Source: Chlorobiota bacterium
GTDB lineage: Bacteria; Bacteroidota; Chlorobiia; Chlorobiales; Chlorobiaceae
Direction: 5' to 3'
DNA: 64,000 bases
NCBI GenBank assembly: GCA_016866305.1
Contig: VGMX01000014.1
Coordinates: forward strand, 2,161-66,160
The position numbers were made by a program, and so were the translations under genes. Shown here piece by piece: positions 60,341 to 64,000 of this stretch (position 1 is the first letter of the stretch; each line of letters opens with the position of its first letter). The notes under the pieces were generated by a model. The model saw nothing but the letters and a program-made list of their open reading frames with translations. It was not told the DNA's origin and did no database searches.

Positions 60341-60889
60341 ATGACATTGAAATCATGGGCAACCCCGCTTGCCATCGGAGCTTTTATCATTTCTGGCGTT
60401 ACAGGTCTTCTGTTATTTTTCGATATTGAAATCGGGCTGGTCGAACCGGTTCACAAATGGCTCAGCTGGCTGCTTCTTGGAGGCATCCTGCTCCATACCG
60501 CTTCGAACTGGAAGGTGTTTACCGGTTATTTCTCGAAAAAAGCCGGCCTTGGAATAATCGGCGCGGCGGCTCTTGTCACGACGCTCTCACTGCTGCCGAT
60601 GTTCGGCGAGGGCGAAGAGGAGCACGGAAAGGAGAGCACCGGAAAAGCCGCCGTGCAGGCGCTCGAATCCTCTTCGCTCGAAACCGTCGCACTGGTTCTG
60701 AAAGCGACACCGGAAGACCTTGCCGCAAGACTTGAAAAAGAAGGCATCGCAGCCACCAATCCGTCCATGACCATCGCCGAGATTGCGCAAAAGAACGGAA
60801 AGGAGGAAAAAATGGTGCTCGGAGCGCTCTTCGGGAAACCCGGAAAGGGCGGAGAGGAGCGGATGGAGGGTGACGAAGACGATCATTAA
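60341..60889 (+). CDS. DUF4405 membrane protein with acidic C-terminal tail
   Basis: SD AAAGGAG; VHKWLS and LLHTASNWK TM histidines; ends EGDEDDH. Confidence 0.82.
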   Translation: MTLKSWATPLAIGAFIISGVTGLLLFFDIEIGLVEPVHKWLSWLLLGGILLHTASNWKVFTGYFSKKAGLGIIGAAALVTTLSLLPMFGEGEEEHGKESTGKAAVQALESSSLETVALVLKATPEDLAARLEKEGIAATNPSMTIAEIAQKNGKEEKMVLGALFGKPGKGGEERMEGDEDDH

Positions 60890-60904
60890 CGAATTACAAC
60901 TGTC

Positions 60905-61573
60905 ATGCGGATTCTTGTCATCGAGGATGAACCCGGAATAGCGCGCTTTCTCAAGGACGGACTTGAAGAGGAGTATTTTGCCGTCGATCTGGCGTTCGAC
61001 GGCAAAAGTGGCCTTGATATGGCTCTCCTGAACGAGTACGATCTCCTGATCGTTGACTGGATGATTCCGGGCATCAGCGGTATCGAGGTGTGCCGGCAGG
61101 TTCGCAAGGCCGGCATCGATGTGCCGCTGATTTTCCTGACCGCCAAAGACGCCCTCGAGGATATCGTATTCGGCCTCGACGCCGGTGCCAGCGACTACAT
61201 CAGAAAACCGTTCGCCTTCGAGGAGCTGCTTGCCCGCATACGGGTTCAGCTCCGCAGAAACAGCCCCGCCGGCGACCAGCTTACGGCCGGAAGGCTCAGC
61301 GTCAATCCCGTTACCCATCAGGTATTCTGCGGCACCGGAGAGATCATGCTGACCCCGAAGGAGTTTTCCCTGCTGGAGTATCTGGTGCGCAACAAGGAAA
61401 AGGTCTGCACCAGAAGCCGCATCATCGAACACGTCTGGGACATTCATTTCGATTCCGATACCTCGGTAATCGACGTGTATATCAACTTTCTCCGGAAAAA
61501 ACTCGACCATGCAGGGTGCGGAAACATCATTCAGACCATCCGGGGCGTCGGCTACATCATCCGCGAGTCCTGA
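60905..61573 (+). CDS. OmpR/PhoB family response regulator (CusR/CzcR-like)
   Basis: MRILVIEDE, VDWMIP, LTAK, GASDYIRKPF, LTPKEF.LL, DVYI..LRKK, IQTIRGVGY. Confidence 0.95.
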   Translation: MRILVIEDEPGIARFLKDGLEEEYFAVDLAFDGKSGLDMALLNEYDLLIVDWMIPGISGIEVCRQVRKAGIDVPLIFLTAKDALEDIVFGLDAGASDYIRKPFAFEELLARIRVQLRRNSPAGDQLTAGRLSVNPVTHQVFCGTGEIMLTPKEFSLLEYLVRNKEKVCTRSRIIEHVWDIHFDSDTSVIDVYINFLRKKLDHAGCGNIIQTIRGVGYIIRES

Positions 61574-63070
61574 ATGCCGGGCATAAAAAAAAACAGAGGG
61601 TTCGGCCGGAAGCATGCCGGTTCCGTTCAGGAAAAACCTTCCCTGAGCCTGCGCAGCCGCATTGCACTCTATTACACCATCGCGACGGCAATCCTGCTCG
61701 CCCTTGTCTTTACGCTTGTATTTTTCACGGTCGAACGGGTGGTCTACAGCCACTTCGACGACGAGCTCGATCGGGAAGTCTCGGAAATCCTCGAAAAACA
61801 ATCGCATGGAAGATCTGATGTATGGAATTTCGACATCTCCGACGATGACAGCCACAGTGATGAAGGCGGCGATCATCATCACGAAAGAGGGGATGACGAA
61901 AACAGGGATGAAGATGATGAAGAATTTGTCCAGCTTGTCAGTCAGACCGGAAAAGTAATTGCCAGATCGGCTAACCTTGCCGGCGACACCCTCACCTTTC
62001 AACCCGGCGGACAGCAAAAGCGCTTTCGAAGCAGCACCGCCGGTCGGCTCGATGTGCGTCAGGTTCAGGTTCCGCTGGCCGATTCAAAAGGAAAAATCGA
62101 AGGTTACCTCCTCGCGGCGGTTCCCGTTCGGGATGCCGTCACGATTCTCGGCGATCTGAAGCAGGTGCTTCTGCTGTCGTATCCGGCCATTATTCTTACC
62201 CTCTTCATCCTCACAAGAGTTATTGCAGGTCGAAGCATCCGGCCGGTTGAAGAGGTCATTGCCTCGGCAGAAAAAATAACCAGGGAAAATCTCGAACGGC
62301 GCATTCCCCTTCCCCGAAACCAGGATGAACTCTACAGGCTTTCCGCCACAATCAACGCACTGCTCGAACGCCTCCAGGATGCGTTTCAGCGGGAAAAACA
62401 GTTTACATCCGATGCTTCCCACGAACTGAAAACGCCGCTCGCATCCCTGAAAGGCACTCTCGAAGTGCTGGTGCGGAAACCAAGGGAACGCGAACACTAT
62501 GAAGAACGGATCCGCTTCTGTCTTAAAGAGCTGGACCGGATGTCGAGACTGATCGACCAGCTTCTTGTGCTTGCCCGCTACGAAAGCAACGGCATAAAAG
62601 CTCATATGGAATCCGTGGATCCTGGTTGCCATATCAGCGAAGCGATCGGACGGATGCACCCCCATGCTCTGCAGAAAAACATTCCGATCAGTTTTACCGG
62701 GCCGGAATCATGCATGGTTTCGGCTGACCCGGCAATGCTCGACATGATTTTCGAAAATATCCTGTCGAACGCCATCAAGTACTCCCCTTCAGGGTCAACA
62801 GTCTCGGTGACGCTTTCAAACAGCACCGGTTCTGTGCTCTGCAGCATTGTCGATAACGGTATAGGCATTCCGGAAGAAAAGCTTTCAAGGGTTTTCGAAC
62901 GGTTTTACCGGGTTGACGAATCGAGAAGCTCGGGAACCGGGGGGTTCGGTCTCGGGCTCGCTATCGTGAAAAAACTTGCCGACCTGCAGCAGATAGCGGT
63001 AACGATAACAAGCCGCACAGGCACGGGGACAACCATCGAGCTGCGCTTTTCACGTCACGAAAAATTTTAA
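61574..63070 (+). CDS. Sensor histidine kinase (HAMP, HisKA, HATPase) with His/Asp/Glu-rich periplasmic insert
   Basis: FTSDASHELKTP, NILSNAIKY, DNGIGI, FERFYR, GGFGLGL. Confidence 0.94.
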   Translation: MPGIKKNRGFGRKHAGSVQEKPSLSLRSRIALYYTIATAILLALVFTLVFFTVERVVYSHFDDELDREVSEILEKQSHGRSDVWNFDISDDDSHSDEGGDHHHERGDDENRDEDDEEFVQLVSQTGKVIARSANLAGDTLTFQPGGQQKRFRSSTAGRLDVRQVQVPLADSKGKIEGYLLAAVPVRDAVTILGDLKQVLLLSYPAIILTLFILTRVIAGRSIRPVEEVIASAEKITRENLERRIPLPRNQDELYRLSATINALLERLQDAFQREKQFTSDASHELKTPLASLKGTLEVLVRKPREREHYEERIRFCLKELDRMSRLIDQLLVLARYESNGIKAHMESVDPGCHISEAIGRMHPHALQKNIPISFTGPESCMVSADPAMLDMIFENILSNAIKYSPSGSTVSVTLSNSTGSVLCSIVDNGIGIPEEKLSRVFERFYRVDESRSSGTGGFGLGLAIVKKLADLQQIAVTITSRTGTGTTIELRFSRHEKF

Positions 63071-63120
63071 GCGGTTTTTATGCCTTGTTTTATCCCTGCT
63101 TAAGAATCCCCTGATATCTT
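63066..63120 (+). promoter_or_regulatory. TTAAG array at 11-bp pitch plus extended -10 (TGaTATCTT)
   Basis: TTAAG at 63067 and 63100, degenerate TTATG at 63078 and TTTAT at 63089; -10 at 63115. Confidence 0.58.
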
Positions 63121-63193
63121 GTTCAAAAGAACACTGTCCCGAATACGAACGGATGGGCAAGTGATACTTTCTGTGGCTTGACGATTTCCGACA

Positions 63194-63772
63194 ATGTGGC
63201 AATCCGTGCTTATACAACGGGCTTTACCGCTCACGCTCTCCTACCTGCTGCTCGTTGCTGCAGCGATATCGCTCGATTACATCCTGCATGCCGCCCGTCT
63301 GGCATGGATCGGACGGTATCTGGGAGTTGCCGGAACAGCGTTTCTCGTTTTTTCGTTCGGGTATTCAGCCCGCAAAAAAAAGCTTGTCCGGAGCGGCACG
63401 CTTAAATTTTTTCTCAGGCTCCACTGCAATGCAGGGTGGATCGGAACTCTCATGGTGCTGGTGCATTCAGGTATCCACTTCAATGCGATGCTTCCCTGGG
63501 CGGCTACTGCCTTCATGATGATCGTAACTGCCAGCGGCCATATCGGGCAGTACCTTGTCCGAAAAATCCGGGAAGAGGTGAAAATGAAAAAAAAGCAGGC
63601 CGGCATCACGGAAAATGCCGATGATTTCCCGGACCAGCAGCACTACTGGGACAGCCTGACCGTGAGCGCTCTCGACAGATGGCGAACCATTCATATGCCC
63701 ATCGTTTCCGTGCTGCTTCTTCTCTGCATGCTGCATATCTTTTCCGTTATCTTCTTTCTGAACTGGGAGTAA
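63194..63772 (+). CDS. Multi-TM membrane protein with paired histidines (candidate heme b subunit)
   Basis: LRLHCNAG...LVHSGIHF, WRTIHMP, MLHIF; GTG start. Confidence 0.7.
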   Translation: MWQSVLIQRALPLTLSYLLLVAAAISLDYILHAARLAWIGRYLGVAGTAFLVFSFGYSARKKKLVRSGTLKFFLRLHCNAGWIGTLMVLVHSGIHFNAMLPWAATAFMMIVTASGHIGQYLVRKIREEVKMKKKQAGITENADDFPDQQHYWDSLTVSALDRWRTIHMPIVSVLLLLCMLHIFSVIFFLNWE

Positions 63773-63776
63773 AAAC

Positions 63777-64000
63777 GTGAAACCGCTGTTCGTTTTCATC
63801 CTGTGCCTCGTCATTCTCGCTGCGCTGGCTATAGCCTTTCCCGATCCGCTGCTAAGTCCCGGCCAGCTCCTGAAAGGACATGAAAAACTGGAAACATCCT
63901 GCCTGAGCTGCCACCAGCCATTCGGCGGAGCCGCATCGGCCCGATGCATCTCCTGTCACAAACCGGACGATATCGGGATCAGAAGCGTCGCCGGTAACCC
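63777..64000 (+). CDS. Multiheme cytochrome c (class III-like), 5' part only
   Basis: Manual translation from GTG 63777: N-terminal TM/signal, then GHEKL..CLSCH..F....CISCHK; runs off the window. Confidence 0.85.
   Translation, partial: MKPLFVFILCLVILAALAIAFPDPLLSPGQLLKGHEKLETSCLSCHQPFGGAASARCISCHKPDDIGIRSVAGN

Noticed and set aside
60587-62017. 476-aa antisense ORF
   Set aside because: Shadow of the regulator/kinase genes; typical of GC-rich codon bias.
1-64000. CRISPR arrays, tRNA/rRNA, IS elements, integrase or att sites bounding the island
   Set aside because: None seen by eye; island boundaries are inferred from gene content only.

Overview
Chromosomal window from a green sulfur bacterium (Chlorobiaceae; inferred from the two-subunit ATP-citrate lyase aclBA and the overall gene content). 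About 1-47.5 kb is mostly housekeeping or conserved: aclAB, lgt, a FetAB-like ABC pair, a HerA-like ATPase, the argCJBFRGH cluster with an ARG box, prc, fba, rpiB, ppk1, pyrC, a non-canonical LexA-like protein, a DUF294 nucleotidyltransferase/exonuclease pair, a CHAD-ParA pair, mltF and vanX. About 47.7-64 kb looks like an accessory envelope/redox island: class D beta-lactamase-like gene, degenerate ECF sigma, DsbD, cupin, a splicease-like radical SAM/SPASM enzyme with a 99-aa partner ORF, a FISUMP protein, two two-component systems, two DUF4405 proteins and cytochromes. The strongest unannotated signal is cis-regulatory. Two sigma-54-type promoters each carry a tandem CGACC-N4-GGTCG enhancer with almost identical geometry. 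Three arrays of TTAA(G) repeats at 11-bp pitch each sit 10-11 bp before a -10 element. Together they outline a two-regulator local circuit. No rRNA, tRNA, CRISPR array or transposase was seen. All family assignments come from motif recognition by eye; no database search was run.
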